64,000 nt of DNA. Origin: the human T2T-CHM13v2.0 reference genome, Homo sapiens. The translations under genes were made by a program, and so were the position numbers. The stretch lies in NCBI RefSeq assembly GCF_009914755.1, contig NC_060944.1, one strand, 5' to 3'. The first letter of the stretch is position 1; each line of letters begins with the position of its first letter. Shown piece by piece: positions 1-12,528 of the stretch. The notes under the pieces were generated by a model. The model had not been told where the DNA came from. It searched no databases and worked only from the letters and a program-made list of their open reading frames with translations.

Positions 1-157
1 TTGATGAAGGGGGTGTGCTTTGCTGGGGGGAAACCCACTCGTCTGGGCTGCCCAGACTCCTCAGAACTACCAGGAGGAAAGGCTAAGTCTGCTGGTCCAC
101 AGAGACTGCAACCACCTCTCCTGCTAGGGGCTCAGGCCTAGGGAGATCAGAGTTCTG
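1..157 (-). mobile_element. L1 5'UTR fragment (L1PA10-13-like); the element continues left of the window
   Basis: Its reverse complement aligns by eye at roughly 80% with 15661-15815, inside the 5'UTR of the plus-strand L1 in this window (e.g. cagcagacttagcct...cctggtagttctgag). Confidence 0.85.
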
Positions 158-222
158 ATTTTGCGTTTCTAATAAGCTCCCAGATGATGCCAATGCTTCT
201 CATCCCTTTGAGTAGCAAAGAT
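158..222. mobile_element. MER5A fragment (hAT-Charlie)
   Basis: Contains tttctaataagctcccagatgatgccaatgct...ctttgagtagcaa, the typical MER5A end. Confidence 0.7.
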
Positions 223-376
223 TTAGTGAACATATCTAATAGGGGTCCGTTAGTGAACTGATGAGAAAAGTGTCATAAACCCTAACTCTTTTTGTTATTG
301 ATTTTATTTGCAGGGGAAAGTGGATTTGGAAAACCTGCTGAATATTTTTGCTTGAGGCAGAGTCTTTTTTTTCTCC

Positions 377-566
377 TTTTTTTTTGAGACACTTATAGAC
401 AGTGCCTCAAAAAAAAAAGTGGGGGGATCTTACCTTGTCTTTGTTGCTCACGCTGGAGTGCAGTGGTATGATCACAACCACAGCTTCGACCTCCTGGGCT
501 CAAGCGATCCTTCCACCTCAGCTTCCCAAGTAGCTGGGACTACTGGCATGTGCCACCGCGCCAGGC

Positions 567-613
<47 letters not shown>

Positions 614-738
614 TCTTGTAGAGATGGAGTCTCACTGTGTTGTCCAGGATGATCTCAAACTCCTGGGCTCAAATGATCCTCCCACTTCAGCCTCCCAAAG
701 TGCTAAGAAGAATACAGTTGTGAGCCACCTTGCCAAGC
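377..738 (-). mobile_element. AluJ with a rearranged 3' end
   Basis: J-type motifs gctggagtgcagtgg...ctcctgggctcaagcgatcc and ctcctgggctcaaatgatcctccc; poly-T on the left. Confidence 0.9.
568..613. repeat. (TTTA)n microsatellite in the Alu linker
   Basis: About 11 tandem TTTA units read directly. Confidence 0.95.
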
Positions 739-1266
739 CTTCTATTTTCAAATTGACCTTTGAATACAAGGAGAAATGTATGTGAATAGGGGCTATAAGT
801 CTGGGAAGTAGATGAAAATCATGAAAGATGGGAAATAGCACAGGTTTTAAATCAGAGAACCCTGATTCACCGTAGCCGTTCTCCCCCAATTTTAACCTTT
901 TTCATCATAAATAAGGCAACTTGCATTTTATCTCTGCTTTAGATCTGCATGTAAGGCTGCCAAGACACAAACATGGTACTCTAAATTTAAATATTGAAAG
1001 CTACCTGGCACTGGGACCATGGACATTTATCAGAATCAGGCCCCATTTCTGTGGAGACTGCATGTGAAACATTGGCTGACTGTACATCTCTGCATAATAC
1101 AATAGCTCCATATTCTCTTCATGTCCTGTGTGCTAGAAGGTGTAACTAGTCCATTAAACGATGGTCTTATATATATATCTTATGCCAACTTAATGAGCAG
1201 ATGAGAAAGTCGAAGCTGAGGATAACTGGGTCACAGGCCTATTTGTCCAAAACCTGTGCTTTAGAT

Positions 1267-1425
1267 CTTTGCTACTGAAAGTGTGGCTGGTAAACCAGCA
1301 GCATCAGCGTCACCTAGGAGATAGTTAGAAATGCTAAATCTCAGGTTCCATGCCTGACCTACTTGATCAGATTCTGATTTTAACAAGATCCCAGGTGATC
1401 ACTGTGTATTTTAGAGCACTGCTTG
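1267..1425. mobile_element. MER5A/B
   Basis: aaagtgtgg...ccagcagcatcagcgtcacctaggag...gttagaaatgc...ttttaacaagatcccaggtgat. Confidence 0.8.
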
Positions 1426-1790
1426 GGCACACTCTGACATATTGCCTCCTTACCAAGAAAGTATTTTTGCAGAGTCATTTTCTTTATTGGAAATACTTTA
1501 GCTCAGATCCAGTGAGACATCAAAGGCAGTCATTTTCATCACCAGCAAAGGGATGGTTTGATTGCTTTGGGAGGAGGACTGTTTGGCAGCACATCAGAGT
1601 TCAGGGGGAGCTACATGTGCTGACACAAGCAATCCCTGGCTCACTTGGGCTGGACTTGGGAACTGATGTGTAGCCATCATCCAAGAGTAAATTAGGTCAG
1701 ACAGCAGGGCTTGCTTTCCTAGGGCCGCTTTTTACTAAGGGTGAAGGCCCAACATCTGCAAGGGTCTTCAAGATGGTAGAGTTAGATTAA

Positions 1791-2153
<363 letters not shown>

Positions 2154-2284
2154 TGAAGAAGAGATAATATGTGGCAGAGAAATTTAGCATCTGACTGAAA
2201 TAGGAACCATATCCCCCAAAGGGTTTTGGACAACGTTGGACAACTTTAGTCAAGTCTGCCAACCTCCTTCTACTTGATGGGTTG

Positions 2285-2725
2285 AAAGAAGAGCCATTTA
2301 TTATTTCTTCACAAATCTACAGGTGACCAGTGGTTCTGTGAATCTGGCTCAGGCTCAGCTTATCCCGATAAGGTGCTCTTATGAGTCTCCTTTCAGATCA
2401 CCAGGATGATCTCAGTTGGGGCATCTCTGCTCTGGTCCATGTATCTCTCATCCTCCTGTAAGCTAGCCCAGGTTTGTTCATTTTGTGGCTCAGTGAAATT
2501 CCAAGCAAATGAGTATAAGCACGCACAACGTCTGAGGCCTAAGCTGACCTGATGGATTGTTACTTCAGCTGCATTTTACTAACCAAAGCAAATCAAAATA
2601 CCAGTGTGTATTTAAAGGCTGGGGAAATAAACTCTACTTTTTGACTGGAGAAGAAGAAAGGTCACATTGTCTAAGGATATGATAACAGGGAGGGTAGAGA
2701 ATTGAGGCCACGTTTGCAATCTGTT
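2285..2725 (-). mobile_element. MLT1 (MLT1G/H-like) MaLR solo LTR
   Basis: ccatttattatt...ctctcatcctcc...gctagcccaggtttgttca...ggtcacattg...gccacgtttgcaatc. Confidence 0.7.
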
Positions 2726-2879
2726 GTGTTCCTACTAACTGCCTCCCACTGGTTCTTTTTTGAAGCAGTCATTGGTACCTTGGTCTCAATTCCATTTTGT
2801 TGTTCATGGGCTGACTGCTTCTCCTGGCTAGATGCATTTGGGGCCACTGCATTAATTTAGGGGCTCTAGTTGAGTAATT

Positions 2880-3620
2880 TAAAAATGCAAACCATCAAAT
2901 ATAATAAAGACTGGTGGAAAAAAGCAGTTAAGAGATTGCATACTTTTCATATAAATTAAAATCTCAGTGGGATAGCAGTATATGCCTAGAACGTGCTAAA
3001 TGAAAAAACAAAGCAAAACAAAAAAAACAGACAATTGCCATGTATTGTCAAGGATGTAGAATAATTGGAACTCTCATGCACTGCTGGTGGGCAGGTAGAT
3101 CAGTACCACCACTTTGTATAACTGTTTGGCATTATTCAATACAGCTGAGGAATGTACATTTCATGAGCCAAAAATTCCTCTTCTAGGTATATACCTAGCA
3201 GAAATGTTAAATAAGTGCGCCAAGAACGCACATATAGGATTTTTTGTAATAGTGACAAGCAGAATATGCCTCATGGGTTTGTCAACCATAGAATGGGTAA
3301 ATATATTATTTTATAGTCTTGTGATGAAATACTATATAGCAGTAAAAATCAAAGATTTACAACTCTTTATAACATTATGATAAATTTCACAAATGTAAGG
3401 TAAAACAAAAGAAGTCAAAAGAAGACGTGCTATATGATTCCATTTATTTAAGCTCTCAAACTGGCAAAACAAATTCATTGTATTAAAAACAAGTAGAGTG
3501 GTTTTCTGTGGGAGACGAGTGTCAGGGCAGGAACAAAAGAGGCTTCTAGGGTGCTGGTAACGTTTCTTGATCTGGGGGCTGCTTACACGAAGTGTTTGTG
3601 AAGTAAAAATTTCAGCATTT
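2880..3620 (+). mobile_element. L1ME-type 3' end fragment
   Basis: aaggatgtaga...ggaactctcatgcactgctggtggg...tatatgattccattta...ggcttctagggtgctggtaa. Confidence 0.75.
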
Positions 3621-3689
3621 TACAAGTAAAACTACGGTACTTTTTGGTATGAATTCTATGCATGAATAAAATGGTGTTAAGAAAAAGTG

Positions 3690-3872
3690 ATAGAGAGGAA
3701 ATAAACCTGAGTTCAAATCTAGTTCTCCTCTGTGTCCTTGAAGAACATTCTTGACTTCTCTGAGTACCAATTTCTTCAGCTGCACAATGACGATCATTTA
3801 ATATTATAATGATCTTTATGAGGATTGCATTTTAAGAGATATGTAAATCTCTCTGTGTCCAATAAATATTAG
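3690..3872 (+). mobile_element. MIR
   Basis: cctgagttcaaatc...ttgacttctctgag...aggatt...gatatgtaaa...aataaatattag. Confidence 0.7.
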
Positions 3873-4559
3873 TTCCTCCTCCTCCTTGCTGTGGAAAAAG
3901 TTGTATTTACTCTCCTAGATGTGCACAGTATAGTGCCTTCCTTACAATATTGCATTAGATCACATTCTGAATGTTGCTTCCAAAAAAAGCTTCTAACCTC
4001 TTCCTATTTTATTACTTGTGAGTGTGCATATTATGAGTCCTGGAGGTTCTATCTTAAATGGGTTATCGCTTCATATGTCATTCTACCATCATGGATGGTG
4101 CTTAGTTCCTTCCTTTTGTTTCTGCTGATTCTTTTGCTGTTACTGCATATCTAAATTTTAAGACATTATTAACTGTCTTTTAGATCAACAAATTCCTCAA
4201 GGGACTTTACAGCAGTAAAGTTGCTACTTTAACAAATACAGAAAATAGTACAAAACCTCATTTTGTCTAATTTAAGGAGGTAGAGTCATTTATCCTTCAG
4301 CAACAAGCTGCTTCAAAATTATCCTGAGGCACAAATGAGTGAATTATGCAGGAACAGCCTGTCCTGGCTTCTGACTGTCTGTGCCAGAAGCAGAGGCATA
4401 GCACCCGTGGATGACAGGAGACCGCGAGAAATCCCAACTCGTTTCCTTTCCTTGTTCTCAGGCACTTTGGAGCCACTTCATTAGGAAAGAGGTTTAGAGG
4501 TAATTTCAGAAATTTTGAGAAAGTTGGCTGCTCCCCAAAGCTGTTCTCTGTGGCAATAC

Positions 4560-5392
4560 TCACATGTACATGCTCATACACTGTCACACATTCGCACACA
4601 TTAATGCCCATATACACACATGCACTGTCGCACACGCATACAGACACATACACACACATGCACTGTCACACACATACACACATACATTGTCACACACAAA
4701 CACATACACACACACGTACTGTCACATACATACACGCATACACACTCAAATACACATATACACACATGCACACATGCATTGCACACAAACGCATGCACTG
4801 TCACACATACACACTCAAATGAACACACTCAAATACACACATATACACACATACACACATGCACTGTCACACATGCATACATATACTCACACACATGCAC
4901 CGTCACACACACGCACTGTCACATACATACACATACTCACACATATACACACATACACACATGCAGTCACACACAAACATACACGCACTGTCACACATAC
5001 ATGCATACACGCTTAAATACACACATACACACATACGCACATGTACTGTCACACACATACACGTACTCAAATACACACATATACACACATACAAACATGA
5101 ACTGTCACACACAATCATACATGCACTGTCACACACATACACACTCAAATACATATACACACATACACACATGCACTGTCACACACAAGCACATACACAT
5201 GCACTGTCACACACAAACACACACACATGCACTGTCACACACATACACGCATATACACTCAAATACACACATACACACATGCACTGTCACACACATACAT
5301 GCATAAACACACTCACATACACTCACACACATACACTGTCACACACACACTGTCACACACACTCACACACACACTATCACACACACACACGT
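4560..5392. repeat. Complex CA-rich minisatellite (core CACATGCACTGTCACACA)
   Basis: About 830 bp of CA/TA alternation with roughly 20 recurrences of (C)ACTGTCAC and recurring CTCAAATACAC. Confidence 0.97.
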
Positions 5393-5614
5393 GAAACTCA
5401 TGTCTAAAGTTCCATGTGGCTAAGATTGGTTCTTGTCAGCCCGCCAATAATGAGACCTTCGCAGCTTTGATGAGTGGAAAAATACTCTAGGGGCTCAATG
5501 AGAGGAGAAGCTGACTTTGTCTATTTCACAATTTTCCGCAGACCTCAGCTCTGCTCTTTAGTATACCGATCTACAGGAGAAGCAGAAATCATGTAGGGAA
5601 GGACTAGGATCGAC

Positions 5615-5800
5615 AGCAATAACCAGTGCAACAAAGCACTGGATATATGCCAGGGAATGTACTGTAGATTTCATGAATATTGTCTGTGTTCTCTGCAACA
5701 GCTCTGTGAAGTAAGCAGCACTCTTATCCCCAGTATACAGCCAAGGAAACTGAGCCTCTGAGAGGGAGACTAATAATTCAAACTCAAGTCTCCACATCCT
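5615..5800 (-). mobile_element. MIR
   Basis: tatatgccagg...caacagctctgtgaagta...ttatcccca...aaggaaactgagcctctgagagg...attcaaactcaagtct. Confidence 0.75.
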
Positions 5801-6774
5801 AACCAGCGACTTTTTCTTAGGTATTTTACTGGAGTCCATTTAAAAAAGTAGTACTATGACTATATACTTAATATTTTGATAGGTGTAAGGAAGCAAAACT
5901 AAGAAAAAATATATGCATATGTAATGTAAATCATGAATACAGTAGAGCGGTGGTATGCTAAGATGGCATGGGGTTTAAGCTGGAGTTTTGAAAGAGCATT
6001 CATAGATAAAGGAAGTTAGAAAGGAACTTACTGGAAGGGATTGAGGATTTGGAGAAAATGCACAAATGACAGGTGACAGGAAGTCATCTAACTTCTTCTC
6101 CATGATTGGTGAGTTGATGTGTGAGACTGGAGGCCAACAGCACCTACATATCAGGATCACTTGCTCAGGTAACTGCCAAAATTGAAACATCAGATGTTAC
6201 CTCTGGAGGAGGGAGAATAGAGAAGTAGAGAGAACACACCAAGGATTGAATTTGGGGAAATGCCCTTGTTTAGTGAAAAGGTGGACTAGGAGGGTCTGAG
6301 AAACAGGATTTGAGAAATTAAGTGGTATCATATAAGAATCCCAGAGAGTCAAGTTTCAAGAATATTGCTAATGGGCAAGAAGAAAAAGGATGGAGAATTC
6401 CTGCTTATCGGGCCATTTGATGATTTTAGCGTATGCTCTTGCTTGAGGTGGTGGATGAGGGGTTCTGTAGAAGGTGGATTTCAGGTCCTATACAGGGTAT
6501 TTTGTGAGACTATGAATGGCATGATGGTAGGTTATATACAATTTGAAACATTTAAAATAATAAAGTGTTAAAGGTAGAAGACAGGAAGTTTTAACATTAT
6601 TATTATTATGGTTTGATTTTTGTTTGTCTTTTTTCCTTGCCTTCTTGCTTTCTCTTGTTTTTAAGAAGAGAAAAAAATCTGTGCTATGGACAGAAAGCAA
6701 GAGGAAGCATCAAAGGTGCTGATGGTGAAGGAGGATATGCTATGAGACAAAACCTTGACAAGATGTATTGGACA

Positions 6775-6940
6775 GCAGAGCTTCTCACATTTGAACAAGC
6801 ATAAGAATCTCTGGGAGAACATGTGAACGCAGATACCCAGGCCTTCACCTTGGGAGATTTTAAATGAGTAGGTCTAAGGTGGGACCCCAAAAACCTGCAT
6901 TTCTGATGAGCTATGCTGATCCGGTGCACTCTGAGCAGAT
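6775..6940. mobile_element. MER5A
   Basis: cttctcacatttgaacaagcataagaatctctggg...agtaggtct...ctgcatttct. Confidence 0.75.
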
Positions 6941-8189
6941 CCATGCAGCACTTTCAGGCTTCCTTTCTCTGCAGCTTTCAGCTTCAAGACACCCTGGGAC
7001 TCTGCCCTCTCTTGGCTTTCTAGAAATACCACACTATTCTAATTCCTCAGTCTCATTTCCAAAGTCATCTCTTTCCTCTTTGTGTCCTTTTCCTCTCAAA
7101 CTATGAGATATCCAGGGCTTGACTTTCTGACCACTTGCTTTCTGCAGGATACATGTGAAAATAATTTATATCAATATTTCTAGACGGATCCACTGGCTCC
7201 TCCCAGGCCATGTATTGTCATTCCTGCTATATCTACTTGGAAATCTCTTCCTAGTTGTCTGTGCCTTCTACCTTACCTGAAAAACACCTGTCCTTTATTT
7301 CTCCCCCAAATCTAGAGTCTTCCTTGACTGATGTGGGACCCCACAGTCTCTACCCCTCACAGTTCAACAAAGGAGGGAGTACTTGTCCGTTCATAACATC
7401 ACAATCCAAAATGTGCTCCTTGATTGAATCTGGATTTGAAAATATCAGTGTTAAAAATATTTGAGAACAAGCGGGGAAATTTGATAGTGGACTGGGGTGT
7501 GTAAGATGTTATTAAAGGATTATTAGGTTTTTTTGAGTAACATATTGGGGTCATGTGGGAAAATGTACTTTTTCTAGTAGAAAAATAGACCTCCAAACTA
7601 TTTTTTAGCTTAAATTGTCCTGACCCCATCACCTAAGCGATGTAATAGGGGAACATGACTAATTCATTAGAGTTGCTAAAGCTGTTTGCCATGCCACTGT
7701 GAGCAGTTTAAAGGATAACTAATAAAATATTAACTTAGGTGGCATGTCCAGAGGACACTTAATATAAGACTATTTTCTTTATTAGAAAAGTGAATATGGA
7801 TATTTTTGAAGTCTGCTTGAAGATAATTCTGACTATTCATTTTTTTGTCCTGAACAGAATGTACTCTGAGGTTGAAAATGGTCTTGATTTTCAAAAATAG
7901 AGTAGTCTGGATATAGATCATAAACATGTAGCTGAGTGCTGAAAAGAAAAATGAGATTTTGTAAAAAGGGGATAATTTTCAAGTTGACAAACATTGGTGA
8001 ACTTCAGGGCCCAGGGCCATTTCAGAATTCAGAGAGATTAACAAGTAATTACATTTTTATTGAGTGTCTAGGATTGACAGACCTGGGGCTGATGGATTCT
8101 TGGGAGGTTACAGTCTAGGTGAGTGGGAGACATGCATTTGTGGAATGGTCCAGACAACAGATGGAGTCACTAAGAGCTGCCAACACTGT

Positions 8190-8366
8190 AAAGCCCTGGT
8201 TTACAAACTTGACTGCATTTTGGACTCGCATGGAGAGGTTTAAAAAATACTGATGCCTGGGTCCCAACTCTTGTGTGTCTGATTTAGTTGCCCTGGGGTG
8301 TGTCCTGTGCATCGGATTTTCAAAATTCCCCAGGTGAATCTAATGTGCACTTAAGGCTGAGAACAA
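8190..8366. mobile_element. MER5B
   Basis: aaacttgactgcatt...tttaaaaaatactgatgcctgggtccca...ccccaggtgaatctaatgtgca...ggctgagaac. Confidence 0.8.
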
Positions 8367-8847
8367 GTGTACAGAAGTCCAGGATCAATTCCAGCTGGAG
8401 AATTTGACTTCCTGGACTAGGCTCTGTGCCTGCCCTCGAGGAGCTCTCTAATTGTTTTACTCTTTCTCCTCCCCTGCCTCTCATCATTTGTTCTACTTAG
8501 AAATTTTTGTCTTTCTTGCTTGAAAGTGAACTAACCACAACAAACAAAGGGAAATAAATGATTATTACACCCAGGCAGCAAACAAGCACTACCAATGATA
8601 GAGATCTTGGTTTATGCAAGTAGCTCAGTAAACAAATGCTGTGTTAAAAGCTGAAAGAATGCCCTCCCTCTACTGCTAGAACAAAACATCATCCATGTGT
8701 CGGCCTGTGGTCTGATGAGTGATTCAACTTTCTTCCTCCGAGACTTTGTTGGTGTCTGATAGATGCCACTAGAGGCTATGTTCTATTCCAGCCTGTTTGA
8801 AATGCAAAGACTTGCGTAGCAAAATTATCTCACTCTAGGAAAATAGA

Positions 8848-9087
8848 CAAGTGGTCAGTAAACTATGGTTCTGTGGGCCAAATGCAGCCCACTTACTGTT
8901 TTGTAAATCAAGTTTCACTGGAACATAGCCATGCCCATTCATTTACTTATTGTCAATGGCTGCTTTTGCACTACAGCGACAGAGTTGAATAGTTGTGAAA
9001 GAGCCTGACTGACAGGCCTGCAAAGCCAAAAATGTTGTCTATCTGGTCAGTTACAAAAAAAAAAAAGAAAATAGTTGCCAATCCCTG
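8848..9087. mobile_element. MER58A (hAT-Charlie)
   Basis: aaactatgg...gggccaaatgcagccca...ggaacatagccatgcccattcatttac...agttgccaatccctg; terminal inverted repeats recognisable. Confidence 0.85.
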
Positions 9088-9129
9088 TAATATAGGCATT
9101 TTCATGCTGTCTTGTTAGCATTTGCCTGC

Positions 9130-9651
9130 TGTGGTCAATCAATTTGAAAAATGTCTCCAGTTCTTCACTCCTCCCTATATCTGTCTCATTTTCAATGTGA
9201 CTGCAACTCCCCTCACCTGGGCACGGAGCCAGTTTCACCAGCCATTGCATCTGTGTTGGCCTGAGAGTTATTTTGACCTAGAATGCCAAGAAAGTGACAC
9301 TGTATCCACCCTGAGCTGAGACTTCAAGAGGCTTTTCAGACTTTCACTTGCTCTGTTAGCATCCTGACTCTATGAATAAGCTTAGGCTAGCTTTCTGGAT
9401 GATGGGAGACACACAGCCCAGGTTGCCCCATTGCCTTAGCCAACAGTCAGACAGTCTTCCAAAGCAGAATTGCCTTCTAAACTGCAACTGACCACAGGTG
9501 CATGAATGAGCCTGATCAAGACCAAAAGAAGGGCCCAGCTGAGCACAGCACAAATTGTCAACCTGCCGATGCATGGACTATATACATGTTTGATGTTTTA
9601 ACCCACCACATTCGAGAGTGGTTTGTTGTACAGTAAAAGCTAACTGATTCA
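9130..9651 (+). mobile_element. MLT1 (MLT1G/H-like) solo LTR
   Basis: Begins tgtggt and ends ggtttgttgtacagtaaaagctaactgattca; internal aagcttaggctagc and cccagctgagc motifs. Confidence 0.8.
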
Positions 9652-9953
9652 CCTGTCATTAGGAATTAAGCCAACTAATTTTGTGGTAGGATTTCCTTTT
9701 TTCCTTTCTTTATTCAAAGCCAGAATATCTCAGTCTTGTCCATAAACCTCAATCTGAAAACAGAGAGAACAATGCAAAGAAAGAAAAACTTTATGATGAT
9801 TCTATGACACTTTCACCAAACACTAAGAAAACAAACATAAAATGAACAACTTGGTTTTCAAACAGAAATAATAAATCTGTAAGGGCCCACATATAAATAT
9901 ATACTGACAGCATTTGAAGGTAAAGAAAAAAATATATACGTATATAAAAAATT

Positions 9954-10195
9954 AAGCAAGAATAAAACCAATGGTTGAAGAAATTGTAATAAAAAATTAC
10001 CATGTGCCAGGCACTGGTCATGCCAGAGGTATGACAATGAATGAGAAGCATGAAGTCCCTAATCTCCCCTAAAGCACATTCTTGTGGAGAAGGACAGACT
10101 ACAAAGAAGTGAACACATAAACAAGATATAATATAGCACAAACATTTAGGAAAACAAAAATGCAGTAATGTGATAAATCTTAGTAGGCTATTATA
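9954..10195 (-). repeat. Left arm of an inverted duplication (L2 3' end plus flank)
   Basis: Reverse complement of 10414-10647, about 85-90% identical by eye. Confidence 0.93.
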
Positions 10196-10289
10196 TACAC
10201 TTTATGTATATATATAATACAGGCTTATATATATAATATAGGCATATATATATTCTCTATTATTAACTTAATTTAGTGACAAACCATTA

Positions 10290-10647
10290 AGCTTCACCTT
10301 TCCATTAGATGCTTTTTCTGCCTAAAGGACTCTACACTTAGATGGCTGCATGAAGTATCTGGGTCTCAGTTAAATGTCAGTTCTTCATTGAAGCCTTCCC
10401 TGATGAGCCAGTTTATAATAGCCTACTAAGATCTATCACATTACTGGATTTTAGCTTTTCTGAATATTTTTGCTATATTATAGTGTCTGTTTATTTATGT
10501 GTTCACTTCTTTGTCATCTGTCCTTCTCCAAAAGAATGTGCTAGGGACTTCATGCTTCTCATTCATTGATGTATCCCCAGAATGACCAGTGCCTGGCACA
10601 TGGTAATTTCAGTTACAATTTCTTCAACCAATGGTTCATTCTTGCTT
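10290..10647 (+). mobile_element. L2 3' end; 10414-10647 is the right arm of the inverted duplication
   Basis: gtctcagttaaatgtca...gaagccttccctga...agggact...gtatcccca...cagtgcctggcacat. Confidence 0.8.
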
Positions 10648-12528
10648 CTCATGGATACAACATCATTTTATCTGAAAAAAATAAGTACCCCCAGTCCATG
10701 ACTATTTTTGAGCAAATGAGGATAGTAACAGTATAAGATTTTTAGTGGCATTTTCAATGAAAGAATTATACAACAATCCCTGATTACTCTTTGTCTTTAT
10801 GTGTCCATAATTTTACTGCTAACACTAAGAGAGTGTATCTTGCTGTTATCAACTCTGGCCACATCTTCACAAGTACATATAGCAGGTCACTATTTTGTTT
10901 TACAAACAGAAGTTGATTAAGTTGTCCATTCTGTAGGACCCACAACAAACCACAGCCCAATATAGCAGCAGAATGTAAGGATTTAGAAGGCCTAAAATCT
11001 ACAAGCTCAGGAAGACACCCAATTAACAGAAATTAAAGTTCAAATCTGACTCATCCACCTACTGGAAATTCTGGGCTGTCAAACAATATCCAAGCTTATT
11101 TTGCAATCAGATTAAAGCTCTGGGCCTTGTGGGGGCCGGAGATTGGAATTCTATTTTAAAAAGAAACGTGTAAGGCACTCTGCTTCCCATCAAGAAGTGT
11201 AATGAGTAGGTTTCACCTATGATCCCCAGTCCCAAATGATTGAACTGGCATTAGTGCCAAAAAAATTGAAAATGTCTTAACATGCATTAATCGCTTAATG
11301 GATGTGTTGTCTGCCTGAAAAGGGCGGGGTGGTATTTAGGTTGCTTAATGACTTTACATTTTCCCATGGCAAAATACTTGTGATTTGATTATGCTGTAAT
11401 TAAAGAGTTACATAAACAATATCTTTGGAAAGGAACAAACGGGCTTCCTTGAAAGAGGGATTTTGGTCAGCTCCAGCTGGTATCTCAGGCCCCTTCATGA
11501 GGAGAAAACTCTCACCCCCAGGTAAACTCCTCTCTCTGCCTCTTAGAAGTTGCCCTTAGTTTTATGCCTGCCTGTGTGTGTGTTGTGAGTGTAGATCATG
11601 GGAGATGGGGAGTGGGCAGAGGGAGGATTTTTTAAAAAATAAATGACATCTTTAATAGACAATTTTAAAACAGGTTGAAATACAAGTAATAAAGACAAGC
11701 ACTTTAAATTTAGAAAAGGCTTGGGATCTTGAAGCCAAAAAGCCTAGTAATGAGAAACCCCAAGGGCAGAGTGGGATCTGTCTTGTAAAACCAGTCGATC
11801 AAATGTTTATTACTGTATAAGGAAGAACCTTTGAACTCATGTGGTTTGCTCTCATGTGTCCCAGAAACTATTTCCTCCAGGAGCACAGATTCTAAGTTTC
11901 TTAACCATAGGTTTCTCGCAACTTTTGGCAGTCAAGAGAGGTCTTTAGCAGGGAAGGTGGGCATTCCACCTTCCAAAGAAAGCACACCAGTCAGGATAAT
12001 TTAGAAAGAAACCCAGAGGTTTGGCCTCAGGTTTACATTGAATCTTTATCTTTGGGTATTAGGAGCGCTTTTCTTTTCAAGTCCCTACTGCAATCCCTGC
12101 TTATTATACAGTTACAAGAAAGGTGGGAACCAATGAGAATAAATGTCAAATTATTTAACTATAGTTAACTTTCACAGTACATTTTCTTTTAATTTCCTAG
12201 ATTTCAATCTTTTTCATGTTGTAATCTTTGCTACATTTGGCAATGAGTCATTCATCATGTTCACTGATCCAAGTTTCCCACCAATAATTTACAACCTATT
12301 CTTAAATAAAAATAAACATCAACTGCAACTTTATTTTTCTTTAGACATTTTCACCTCCTCAGCTTTCAAATATTAGAAACTAAATCCTATGAGCCTTTCA
12401 TTTACTAAATAGCTTAAGCCAGCAAACTGAGCTGAAATCAACTTGCTTTTCCATTAGACATATTGGCAATTTTTCTAAAGCTGGAATGAGAGAAGAGGTC
12501 TGGGGTTTGGGGAGTTTGCCTTAGAGGC

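Noticed and set aside
4560-5392. CRISPR-like repeat-spacer array
   Set aside because: The spacers are low-complexity CA/TA of irregular length, the context is eukaryotic and there are no cas genes.
4297-5407. Long overlapping His/Thr-rich and Cys/Val-rich ORFs (up to 228 aa)
   Set aside because: They are translations of the CA-rich minisatellite, open in several frames only because the repeat lacks stops.
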